Origin: Vicinamibacterales bacterium
GTDB lineage: Bacteria > Acidobacteriota > Vicinamibacteria > Vicinamibacterales > UBA8438
NCBI GenBank assembly: GCA_965262555.1
Contig: OZ253543.1
Location: forward strand, 3,971,218-4,035,217
Length of the DNA stretch: 64,000 nucleotides
Direction: 5' to 3'
Position numbers and translations under genes: made by a program. The notes under the pieces are model-generated. The model saw only the letters and a program-made list of their open reading frames with translations, did not search any database and was not told where the DNA came from. Below are positions 18,740 to 27,256 of this stretch, piece after piece. How positions within the stretch are numbered: the first letter of the stretch is position 1; each line of letters opens with the position of its first letter.

Positions 18740-19780
18740 ATGATCATCGAACGCCCCACCCTGTGCGCGCGCGTCGCGCTGTCGCTCGCGGTCGTGCTGG
18801 CCCTCGTGCTGCCGGGTGCGGTCGCGGCGCAATCACAGCAACCGCCACCCAAGCCGCCCGCCGAATGGGGGCCGATCTCGATCAACCTGGAGGAGTTCGA
18901 GTATCCGCATCCGGTCGAGTTCATGAACCTTCAGGTCTACGGCCAGGACGTGCGGATCGCCTACATGGACGTCGCGCCGGTCGGGCCCGCGAACGGCCGC
19001 GCCGTCGTCTTCCACCATGGGGGCAGTTACTACGGCTGGTATTGGAAGCGCCAGGTCGAGGCCCTCACCAAGGCCGGCTACCGGGTCGTCGTGAAGGACC
19101 GGCTCGGCTGGGGGAAATCATCCAAGCCGATCCTCCCGTACAGCATGAGTCTGCACGCCTCGAACACGGCCCGGCTCATGGAGCACGTCGGCATCGCCGA
19201 GGCCGCCATCGTCGGACACTCGATCGGCGGGCAGATGGCGACCCGGTTCGCCTTCCTCTATCCGGAGAAGACGACGCATTTGGTCACCATCAACCAGATC
19301 GGCCTGACCGACAACCGCGCCGGGCGCGGGTTCAGTCCGTTCGACGGCGAGATCGACGCCGACCCGGATCTCCAGCGCGCCTACGCGGCGGACGTGCGCA
19401 CCGACACGCGGCGCTACGTCGAGTGGAAGCCCGAGTTCCTGGATCACCTCCGGATCCGCCACGGCCAGCGGCTGAGTGGCGACTGGCCGCGGCTGGCGTA
19501 CGTGCGCCGGCTCGGCGGCAACCTGCGCGCGATGGACACAGTGGTCAACGACTGGCCCCACATCCAAACCAGGACGCTGATCCTCGGTGGCGAGATCGAC
19601 GGGCCCGACTTCCCCGCGAACGCGCGGCGGGCGGCCGAGATCCTCTCCAACGGAGAGATCTTTCTGATCCCGAACGTCGGCCACAATCCCCACGAGGAGG
19701 TGCCGGACATCGTCAACGCCGAGTTGATCCGTTTTTTCGGCACCGATCCGGACGCGCCGGAGGGGGAGGGGGCACGCTAG
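18740..19780 (+). CDS. alpha/beta hydrolase, secreted
   Basis: Signal peptide, HHGG oxyanion region, nucleophile elbow GHSIGG, late GHNPHEE. Confidence 0.85.
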   Translation: MIIERPTLCARVALSLAVVLALVLPGAVAAQSQQPPPKPPAEWGPISINLEEFEYPHPVEFMNLQVYGQDVRIAYMDVAPVGPANGRAVVFHHGGSYYGWYWKRQVEALTKAGYRVVVKDRLGWGKSSKPILPYSMSLHASNTARLMEHVGIAEAAIVGHSIGGQMATRFAFLYPEKTTHLVTINQIGLTDNRAGRGFSPFDGEIDADPDLQRAYAADVRTDTRRYVEWKPEFLDHLRIRHGQRLSGDWPRLAYVRRLGGNLRAMDTVVNDWPHIQTRTLILGGEIDGPDFPANARRAAEILSNGEIFLIPNVGHNPHEEVPDIVNAELIRFFGTDPDAPEGEGAR

Positions 19781-19799
19781 CGTCTACGCTGTTAGCGGA

Positions 19800-20315
19800 C
19801 AGGAGGGGCTCGCCTGGGCATCGACCTGCCGGCAGCGTCACCGTCCCGGGCTCCGGCGTGACGGCCGGACAGAGCCTAGCCAGCGCGCGTCCTGGTGTCG
19901 CGGCGGTAGCGGCTCGCTACGTACTCGTCGGCCACGCAGGCGTCAGTGCCGTGTGGTGCACATTCCGCACCTCATCCAGACTCAGAATCCGTTCGGGATG
20001 CGTGAGTCCGTTCGGGCTGATTGCGCGGCGGTAGACCCAGTCCGCCGCGTCAGCGTACCCGCGCACCTCCATGTACTCGCGCAGCTCCTTGTTGCCGACG
20101 GCCCGCCCTTCGTCAAGGAGTCGTTCGACCTGCTTCAGGACCAGGGTGTTGCCCTCAATGGCGGTGGAGTGGTGAGCTTCCTCGTACCAGATGCCGCGCC
20201 AGATGCCGGCGGCTTCCGCCTCCGCCGGGCTCGGCAGGCCGCCCAGTCGGTCCCGCAACTCCGTGATCTCCTTTCTTATTTGTCGAGTCTGTCGACGAAT
20301 AAAATTACCGAACAC
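19800..20315 (-). pseudogene. Fic/DOC-family remnant lacking the catalytic HPFxxGNGR region
   Basis: ORF 19917..20315 has the Fic N-terminal inhibitory-helix type motif HSTAIEGNTL and LSLDEVRNVHHTAL, then stops. A shifted frame downstream reads ...YRRDTRTRAG and also terminates. No Fic motif is present. Confidence 0.55.
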
Positions 20316-20489
20316 TTTTCGGTCGGGTGAAGGTCGAGGTGGAGAACGCTTCGCGCGCGACCTGGTACTACGCGTGACGCGGGCGAACAGCAGCCTCTGC
20401 CGCGCGAGGCGGTGCTTAGGTGTGCAGGGCCACGGACCAGCCTGATAGGAGCTGATCGTGGCCGGATCGAAACCGGAGCCTCCGGATTA

Positions 20490-21353
20490 TCAGAGGGCGC
20501 GGTCGAACAGGGCGAGCAGACGGTCCCACGCCCGCTCCGCCTGGGCCTCGTGGTAGACCTGCGTGTCGGGCGGGCACCAGCCGTGCAGGGCACCCTCGTA
20601 CACCTCGATCTCGGCCGGCAGGCCTGCGGCCTCGAAGGTGTCGCGCAGGACGTCCTTCGCCTCGGGCTGGTTCTCGTCGTCGTTCTCGGCGATCGCGAAC
20701 AGGTAGTGGGCCGTCATCTGCGGCACCAGCAGGTGCGGGCTGTTCGGCTGATCGGTCACGAGACCGCCGCCGTGGAACGAGGCACCGGCGCCGATGCGGT
20801 CGGGCACGGCGGCTGCCGCGCGCATCGTTATGGGACCGCCCATGCAGTAGCCCATCGTCCCCATCTTTCGGTTGCTGTCCACCGACGACTGATTGTCGAG
20901 GAAGCTCACGAACGCCCTCGTATCGCGCATGTGGGTATCCGCGTTCAGGGTCCCCATCAGCGGCATCAGCGTCTCGCGCACCGCGCCGAAATCCGTCGTG
21001 TCCACGACGGGCGCCCGCTGCGTCCGGTAGTACGGGTTGACCACCAGGACCGAGTAGCCCGATTCCGCGAGCCGCTTGGCCATCTGGCGCTTTGCCGGCC
21101 GCAGGCCGAAGGCGTCGGGCCAGATCAGGACGCCCGGATGGGCTCCGCTGGAGGGATGCACGAAGTAGCTGTCGCATGTGCCGTCGGGGGTCGTGACGTC
21201 GAGTTCGGACTCGGTCACAGCCTGGGCGTTTGCCGCCCGGGGCAGCAGCATCGCCAGACCGGCTCCAGCCGACACGGCTCCGAACTCCCGGCGCGTCAGT
21301 CCCTTGGCGCGCAGGTACTTGGCAGTTTCGACGTCGGTTCTCTCATCGCACAT
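20490..21353 (-). CDS. dienelactone hydrolase family protein with Tat-type signal
   Basis: RBS AAGGAGG. TRREFGAVSAGAGLAML twin-arginine leader. GYCMGG nucleophile elbow. Late ALHGW. Confidence 0.85.
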   Translation of the reverse strand: MCDERTDVETAKYLRAKGLTRREFGAVSAGAGLAMLLPRAANAQAVTESELDVTTPDGTCDSYFVHPSSGAHPGVLIWPDAFGLRPAKRQMAKRLAESGYSVLVVNPYYRTQRAPVVDTTDFGAVRETLMPLMGTLNADTHMRDTRAFVSFLDNQSSVDSNRKMGTMGYCMGGPITMRAAAAVPDRIGAGASFHGGGLVTDQPNSPHLLVPQMTAHYLFAIAENDDENQPEAKDVLRDTFEAAGLPAEIEVYEGALHGWCPPDTQVYHEAQAERAWDRLLALFDRAL

Positions 21354-21714
21354 GTCGGCCTCCTTACTGGAACCCTCCCTGGGGGGCTGCAGATCCGTCC
21401 AATGATCAGCCCTGATACTACGCCAATCCGCGTCAAACGCGCTGTGCCACCGGTCGTCCCTCGATACAACCGGACGATCCGCATCAGCACCGGTGTCGGC
21501 AGTGTCCCGCCCGGGCCTGTCGTGTCGTTCATCGGGCGAGTTGTACCGTAACCCCTAGAGCGGCACAACTCCCGGGCAGCGCCCCCAAGCCGTCAGCGCC
21601 GGCACCCGGCGGTGACGTTGAAGGGGCCTGCGGTTCTGGTGAATGATCCGGACGCACGGTGGGTTCGAGGCGCGTCGGGGCTGCGTCGAGGGCGGTGCGA
21701 CGGGGGAGAGACGC

Positions 21715-22722
21715 ATGGGCACACGGTTCCTGGCGACGTCGGTGGCGGTATGCGGCGTCGCGGTACTGGTTGCGTCGTGCGGACCGGCGGGTGACGCCGA
21801 TCCGGCGGCCGGCACGGGCGGTGCGGCAGTCTCGGACGCGGCCGGCGACGCAGGCGAGGCCGCCAGCGACATCACCCTGACGCAGATCGACGTCGGCGAT
21901 TTCACGTTCGACGTACGGATGGCCGGTCCGGATGACGGCGAGGTGGTGATCCTGCTCCACGGCTTCCCGCAGACGTCGTACGAGTGGCGTCACCAGCTCC
22001 GCGAGCTGGCGGCGGCCGGGTTCCGCGCGGTAGCCCCAGATCAGCGCGGCTACTCGCCTGGGGCGCGCCCGCCGGACGTTGACGACTACGTGCTGCCGCT
22101 CCTGATCGAAGATGTCCTCGGTCTCGCCGACGCCATCGGCGCCGACCGGTTTCACATCGTGGGCCATGACTGGGGCGCGGCCGTTGCCTGGGTGGTTGCG
22201 GTGGTCGCCCCGGAGCGCGTGATCACGGCAAATCCGGTGTCGGTCCCGCATCCGGATGCGTTCGCCGCGGTGCTGAACGACCCGATGTCGTGCCAGTTCG
22301 CCGCGTCCGCCTACTTCGATCTGTTCGTCCAGCCGGATTCGGAGGACGCCTTTCTTGCCGCCGGCCACGCGGTGCTGCGCGGCCTCTTCGCCGGCATCGA
22401 CGACGAGGCCGTCGAGGAGTACGTGCGTGTGCTCGGGTCGAAAGCGGCGCTCGGCGCCGCCCTCAACTGGTACCGCGCGAACATCGGCGACCGTAATCTG
22501 CGGGGACCGGCCGCCGGCAGCGTCGTGGTGCCGACGATGTTCACGTGGAGCGACGGCGACGCTGCGCTCTGCATCGACGGCGCCGTGCTCACCGAGCAGT
22601 ACGTCGAGGCTCCGTACCGCTTCGAGATCCTCGAGGGCGTGAGCCACTGGATTCCCGACCTCGCGCCCGAAGCGATGTCATCGCTGCTCGTCGACCATGT
22701 GACGCAGTATTCTGAGCGCTGA
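21715..22722 (+). CDS. alpha/beta hydrolase lipoprotein (epoxide hydrolase / haloalkane dehalogenase-like)
   Basis: ATG 21715. Lipobox LVASCG. HGFPQTSYEWRHQ, GHDWGA nucleophile elbow, SHWIPD. Confidence 0.85.
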   Translation: MGTRFLATSVAVCGVAVLVASCGPAGDADPAAGTGGAAVSDAAGDAGEAASDITLTQIDVGDFTFDVRMAGPDDGEVVILLHGFPQTSYEWRHQLRELAAAGFRAVAPDQRGYSPGARPPDVDDYVLPLLIEDVLGLADAIGADRFHIVGHDWGAAVAWVVAVVAPERVITANPVSVPHPDAFAAVLNDPMSCQFAASAYFDLFVQPDSEDAFLAAGHAVLRGLFAGIDDEAVEEYVRVLGSKAALGAALNWYRANIGDRNLRGPAAGSVVVPTMFTWSDGDAALCIDGAVLTEQYVEAPYRFEILEGVSHWIPDLAPEAMSSLLVDHVTQYSER

Positions 22723-22786
22723 CGGGTGTCTGTCTGCCGCGGGATCACCGGCCGATAGACTCCATAGCACCAACCGGCGTCCTACG

Positions 22787-23923
22787 ATGGGCTCGTTGCC
22801 GATGTCTCCCGCACTCAGCGCTTCACGCGAACCTGCCTCGACCCGCCACCAGCACTGGAGGACGGCCCGGTCGGCTCTCGCATGGGCAGCTTGCCTGATT
22901 GCTGTCGGCGCGGTCATCGCTCTCGCCGAACAGCCCGAGTCGGACCTGGAGCGTCTGCTCACCGAGCAGATGGATTTCTCGGCCGACGACCTGCGGGCTC
23001 TGGACGGCGGCGACGTCGTGATCACCAGCCTCGACACGCGAGTCCGTCAGGAGCTGGCTCACGTCAGCGCGGTATACCTCGACGCGTCCCCCGCCGACTT
23101 CGTCGATCGCTTCCGCGACATCGAGGAGTTCGAGAGCGGCCCCGGCATCCCGCAGATCGGCCTCTTCAGCAATCTTCCGCGGATCGAGGATCTCCAAGGG
23201 TTGACGCTGCCCGAGGCGGACCTCGAGGAGTTGTCGTCTTGCCGTCCAGGCGACTGCGAGCTGAAGCTCTCGGCGGACTGGATGGAGCGATTCCGGACCG
23301 AGGTGGACTGGTCGTCGCCAACCGCGGCGCAACGGGCCGACCACATCGCCCGGGAGGTGATCCTCGAGTTGGTCGTTGCCTACCAGGTGGAGGGCAACGC
23401 GGCGCTCGGGTCGTATGCCGACAGCGACGAGCCGATGCCAGTGGCCGAGCAGTTCCGCGCGCTGCTCGCCAACGACGACCCGCTACCCAACCCGGTGCCT
23501 GCGTTGCTCACGTATATGGTGAGCTACCCGCAGGGTGCTCCCCCGAGTGCCGAGGACTTCTTCTACTGGACGGTGGTCGACTTCGGCCTCAAGCCCACCA
23601 TCCGGGTGAATCACGTCACGATCTACCCGGTGGCCGACCACTCGACGCCGGGTGACGCCTATGCCATCGCCATCAAGCAGCTCTACGCGAGCCACTACTT
23701 CCATACGACGCTCGAACTGCGCTTCGTGACCGCCCACCCGCTCGCGTCCGGCCGGGACGGCTCGTCCCTCATTTCGTTTACGCGGTCGCGCAACGACGGG
23801 ATGACCGGCTTCAAGGGATGGTTCCTGCGACCGATCATCAGACGCCGTTCCCGTGATGCCGTGCGCCGCTATCTCGAGCACGTCAAGCGGCAGGTCGAAC
23901 GTCCCGTACCGAAGACCTCCTGA
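22787..23923 (+). CDS. hypothetical protein with N-terminal TM/signal anchor
   Basis: 378-aa ORF with protein-like composition. No domain recognised. Confidence 0.55.
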   Translation: MGSLPMSPALSASREPASTRHQHWRTARSALAWAACLIAVGAVIALAEQPESDLERLLTEQMDFSADDLRALDGGDVVITSLDTRVRQELAHVSAVYLDASPADFVDRFRDIEEFESGPGIPQIGLFSNLPRIEDLQGLTLPEADLEELSSCRPGDCELKLSADWMERFRTEVDWSSPTAAQRADHIAREVILELVVAYQVEGNAALGSYADSDEPMPVAEQFRALLANDDPLPNPVPALLTYMVSYPQGAPPSAEDFFYWTVVDFGLKPTIRVNHVTIYPVADHSTPGDAYAIAIKQLYASHYFHTTLELRFVTAHPLASGRDGSSLISFTRSRNDGMTGFKGWFLRPIIRRRSRDAVRRYLEHVKRQVERPVPKTS

Positions 23924-24037
23924 GGCGCGTCACCGGCCACGGCGCCGCGCGCGGCGCGTTCGCCTCGACTCGCGGGTGCGGTTCTGGCATTCTGTGACTT
24001 CCACGCCGGTCCAACCGGAACAACCGCAGGAGGCCAC

Positions 24038-25216
24038 ATGCGCACGCGACCGCGTCATCTGTCACACCTCACGCGCCGCGAGGCGCTCGGCATGCTCGGC
24101 ACCGGAGCCGGGGCCAGCCTGGCGTTCGCCGCGGGCTGCGGCGGCGGCAGCGCCCCGCCGGCAGAGTCGGGCAGCGGCGGGATGGAAGAAGCGGCCGGTG
24201 CGACGCCGGACGTCACGTTCCCCGACGGCGCCGTCATCCGGACCATTCTCGGAGACGTCGATCCCGTGACGCTCGCGGGCGGCGCCACCCTCTTTCATGA
24301 GCACCTCGACATCAATCAGGCCTACGCCGTGCCGCCTCGGGACGAGGCGCGCAGCCGCGACAACCCGCTTGCCGGCGACGAGGCGGAGGCGTTCGTCGAG
24401 CTGGTCTCCGAAGAGCTGCGCATGGCCGCCGCCGATGGCCTGAGTTGCATTGTGGACGCCGCCATCTATCGCCGGACCGAGCAGGAGCTGGAATTCCTGC
24501 GGCAGATGGCGACTCGCTCCGGCGTAGCGGTGGTCGCGGCCGGCGCCTACTGGCGCGCGCCCTTCCCCGAGAACATCGCCGCCATGAACGTGGACGAGCT
24601 GACCGAGCACTTGATCACCGACGCGCGCGGACAGCACTGGGGCGCCTTCGGCGAAGTGGGCACGTTGATGGAGATGCACGAGACGGAGCGCACCTTCCTG
24701 CACGCGGTCAGCCGGGCGCATCACGCGACCAATCTCCCGATCCTGACGCACACCGAGCATCAGGGCTGCCCGCCCTGCGGCCTCGAGCAGCTCGACGTAT
24801 TCGAGGAGGAGAACGTCGACTTCAGCCGCGTTTGCATCGGGCACCTCTCCGACATCACCGCGGAGCAGGATCCGGGCTGGACGTCTCACCTGGAAATTGG
24901 CCGCCGGGGGGCCTACATCGGGTTCGACACCGTGGGCCGGCCGCTCAGGTCGGATGCGTTCGACGACATTCCGGAAGCCGACAAGGTCCGCATGGTGCTG
25001 AACGTCCTGGAGGCGGGTTACGAGGATCAGGTGCTGCTGTCGGCCGACTTCGCCAACTCGATTGATCTCAAGTCGAACTCGGGGACCGGATTCGCCACCA
25101 CCATCGTGCAGTTCGTGCCGAAGCTGCGGCACGCCGGCGTGGACGAGGCGACGCTGCACAAGATCACCGTCGACAACCCGCGCCGGTTCCTGGCGTTTGT
25201 GCCGCCGGAGGTGTAG
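24038..25216 (+). CDS. phosphotriesterase-family metal-dependent hydrolase, Tat signal + lipobox
   Basis: RBS GGAGG. TRREALGMLGTGAGASLAFAAGC leader. GATLFHEHL (HxH) and an overall PTE-like TIM-barrel pattern. Confidence 0.8.
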   Translation: MRTRPRHLSHLTRREALGMLGTGAGASLAFAAGCGGGSAPPAESGSGGMEEAAGATPDVTFPDGAVIRTILGDVDPVTLAGGATLFHEHLDINQAYAVPPRDEARSRDNPLAGDEAEAFVELVSEELRMAAADGLSCIVDAAIYRRTEQELEFLRQMATRSGVAVVAAGAYWRAPFPENIAAMNVDELTEHLITDARGQHWGAFGEVGTLMEMHETERTFLHAVSRAHHATNLPILTHTEHQGCPPCGLEQLDVFEEENVDFSRVCIGHLSDITAEQDPGWTSHLEIGRRGAYIGFDTVGRPLRSDAFDDIPEADKVRMVLNVLEAGYEDQVLLSADFANSIDLKSNSGTGFATTIVQFVPKLRHAGVDEATLHKITVDNPRRFLAFVPPEV

Positions 25217-25218
25217 TC

Positions 25219-26439
25219 ATGCGGACGAACAGGCTCGGCATCGCGGTGGCCGGCGCGGCGCTGCTCGCCGTGCTCAGCGCCAGTGCGGCGGCGGCGCAGG
25301 CGCTGCCCGACCCGCCGCGGGCCGATCGGCAGCCGGTCGGCCTGTCGGCGCCGCGGATCGCGCCGCTCCCGGAGTCGCAGTGGACCGACGAGCACCGCCG
25401 CCTCGTGGAGAGGTATGCGGCTGACGGCCGGGCCGACAACCAGCTCCACACGCTGCTCAACGTGCCGGCCATCGTGGAAGGGCTGATGCCGTTCACCGTC
25501 TATCTCACGGAGGCGTCGACGGTGTCGCCGCGCCACCGAGCGCTGCTGATCCTCCGGGCCGCCTGGCTGTGCGGCAACCAGCCGATCTGGGCGACCAACG
25601 CGGCGCGCGCGCGTGACGGCGGGATGACGAACGACGAGATCCGCCGCATTGCGGAGGGGCCGGAGGCGGCCGGATGGGATCCGTTCGAGCGGACGCTGCT
25701 GCAATTGGCGGATCAGTTGTATCTGCACTCGTCGGTGGCCGACGCCACCTGGAACGCCCTTGCCGCGCGCTACGGCGAGCACAACCTGATCGACGCGGTC
25801 GAAACGGCGAACCACTTCATCGTGCTGTCGATGATCTACAACGCGTTCGGCGTCCAGCCGGACAGCGACACGCCCGACCGGCTCCCCACCGACGTGCCCT
25901 ACCGGATCACGGGGCCCGAGCCCGAGCCGAGGCTGACGGTGGCGCGCGTCGATCCGCTCGACGGACCGGGCATCGCGGTCGGGCGGACGTTCGCGCGGCA
26001 TCCCGCGCTGGCCGAGGCGCGTGGCCCGCGGGCCGGCTACATCAACCGCGTGTCGCCGCTCACGCCGCACGACCGGGAGATCCTGATCCTGCGCATCGGG
26101 TGGAACTGCCAGGCGGTGTACGAATGGGCCAAGCATGTCGGGACGGTTGGCCGCGCGCGCGATCATGGCGTGGACCCGCGCGCGGTGGCCCTCGGCCCCG
26201 GCGCCCCAGGCGCCGGCGGCCTCGAAGCCACGCTGCTGCGGCTTGTCGACGAGCTGTACCAGAACGCGGTTGTCTCGGACGAGACGTGGCGCGCCCTCAC
26301 CGCGCAGTACGACACCGCCGAGGCGATGAGCGCCGTCTACACGCCCAGTTCCTACCGGGCGACGTCGATGTCGCTCAACGCCTACGGGGTGCAACTCGAA
26401 CCGGGCGACGAGGGATTCCCGGACGTCCCGTTGCGCTGA
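25219..26439 (+). CDS. carboxymuconolactone decarboxylase (AhpD-like) family protein, duplicated domain, secreted
   Basis: Signal peptide. Two repeats of the CMD-type pattern (RHRALLILRAAWLCGNQPIW; DREILILRIGWNCQAVYEW). Confidence 0.7.
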   Translation: MRTNRLGIAVAGAALLAVLSASAAAAQALPDPPRADRQPVGLSAPRIAPLPESQWTDEHRRLVERYAADGRADNQLHTLLNVPAIVEGLMPFTVYLTEASTVSPRHRALLILRAAWLCGNQPIWATNAARARDGGMTNDEIRRIAEGPEAAGWDPFERTLLQLADQLYLHSSVADATWNALAARYGEHNLIDAVETANHFIVLSMIYNAFGVQPDSDTPDRLPTDVPYRITGPEPEPRLTVARVDPLDGPGIAVGRTFARHPALAEARGPRAGYINRVSPLTPHDREILILRIGWNCQAVYEWAKHVGTVGRARDHGVDPRAVALGPGAPGAGGLEATLLRLVDELYQNAVVSDETWRALTAQYDTAEAMSAVYTPSSYRATSMSLNAYGVQLEPGDEGFPDVPLR

Positions 26440-26632
26440 ACCGCGGGCTCAGGGCTCAGCACCGACCCTTCGTACACGGTTCAGGAGGTGAGGACCCTCT
26501 CGCGCCCTGCTCCCGCAACTGGCCCGGCGGCCCGACGTACCTGTAGAGCGTCACTGGCCTGATTCCGAGATCGCTGCACCGCGCCCTCGCGGGCTCGTAG
26601 ACGGCGCCCGCCCGGTCGTCTGGAGACGCCGC

Positions 26633-26935
26633 TCACACGGAAGCAGACCGATGCGCCCGGAGGAAGGAACGTATCTGGCGCACCGCCAGGGGAATCCGCT
26701 CCTTGGGCTCCTTCCACGGGTACATGCTCACTTCGGCCCGCGGCGCGAGCAGCGCCATTTCCATGGCCACGGCATACGAGTGCGCCGCCGTGTCGTCCGG
26801 CAGGACCAGTACGGGCGTCTGGAGCGGATCGCTCGGACGATGAACGGTGCGGTTCGCTGACGGCTTCGACGGTCCCGTAGATTCCCGCGGAGGGCGTCCG
26901 CGTTGGCGATATCCGTCAGGTGCCGCTTCGTCCAC
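26633..26935 (-). pseudogene. C-terminal gene fragment of uncertain family (alpha/beta-hydrolase-like tail)
   Basis: Only the segment TPVLVLPDDTAAHSYAVAMEMALLAPRAEVSMYPW looks protein-like. The upstream part of the ORF merges into the IS3 remnant junction. Confidence 0.3.
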
Positions 26936-27223
26936 ACGACTCGCGCTCCAGCTCCTTGAGCCGTTCGCGCTCGCTCGTCGTCAAGCCGGGCCAATGCCCA
27001 GCATCACGCTGCGTTGGCCGCACCCACTTGCGTAGCGTCTCGGCCGTGCACCCGAGCTTCGGCGCGACCGGCTGCAGCACCGCCCACTCCGACCCGTGGG
27101 CCCCCGGTGCTCCGCGACCCTCCGGACCACGCGCTCTCGCACCTCTGACGAAAACCGCCTTGGACGTCCCATAGACCCCATCCTCCCAAGCAATGAGGTC
27201 TCCGAGAAACCCGGTACGGTTCA
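26930..27223 (-). mobile_element. IS3-family remnant (left IR + frameshifted, 3'-truncated orfA)
   Basis: Minus strand: TGAACCGTACCGGGTTTCTCGG (IR-like, comp up to 27223). Then ATG 27172 MGRPRRFSSEVRERVVRRVAEHRG. After a frameshift it reads HGSEWAVLQPVAPKLGCTAETLRKWVRPTQRDAGHWPGLTTSERERLKELERE, then breaks off. Confidence 0.7.
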
Positions 27224-27256
27224 GGCACCCCTGTGGCGCAAACGCCCGCGGGATCC

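Noticed and set aside
26456-26623. A start-less minus-strand frame ending ...DLGIRPVTLYRYVGPPGQL, considered as a feature call for a serine-recombinase HTH fragment.
   Set aside because: Only the TLYRY-type helix is suggestive. There is no catalytic domain, no start codon and a stop immediately upstream. It is mentioned in a finding but is too weak for a feature call.
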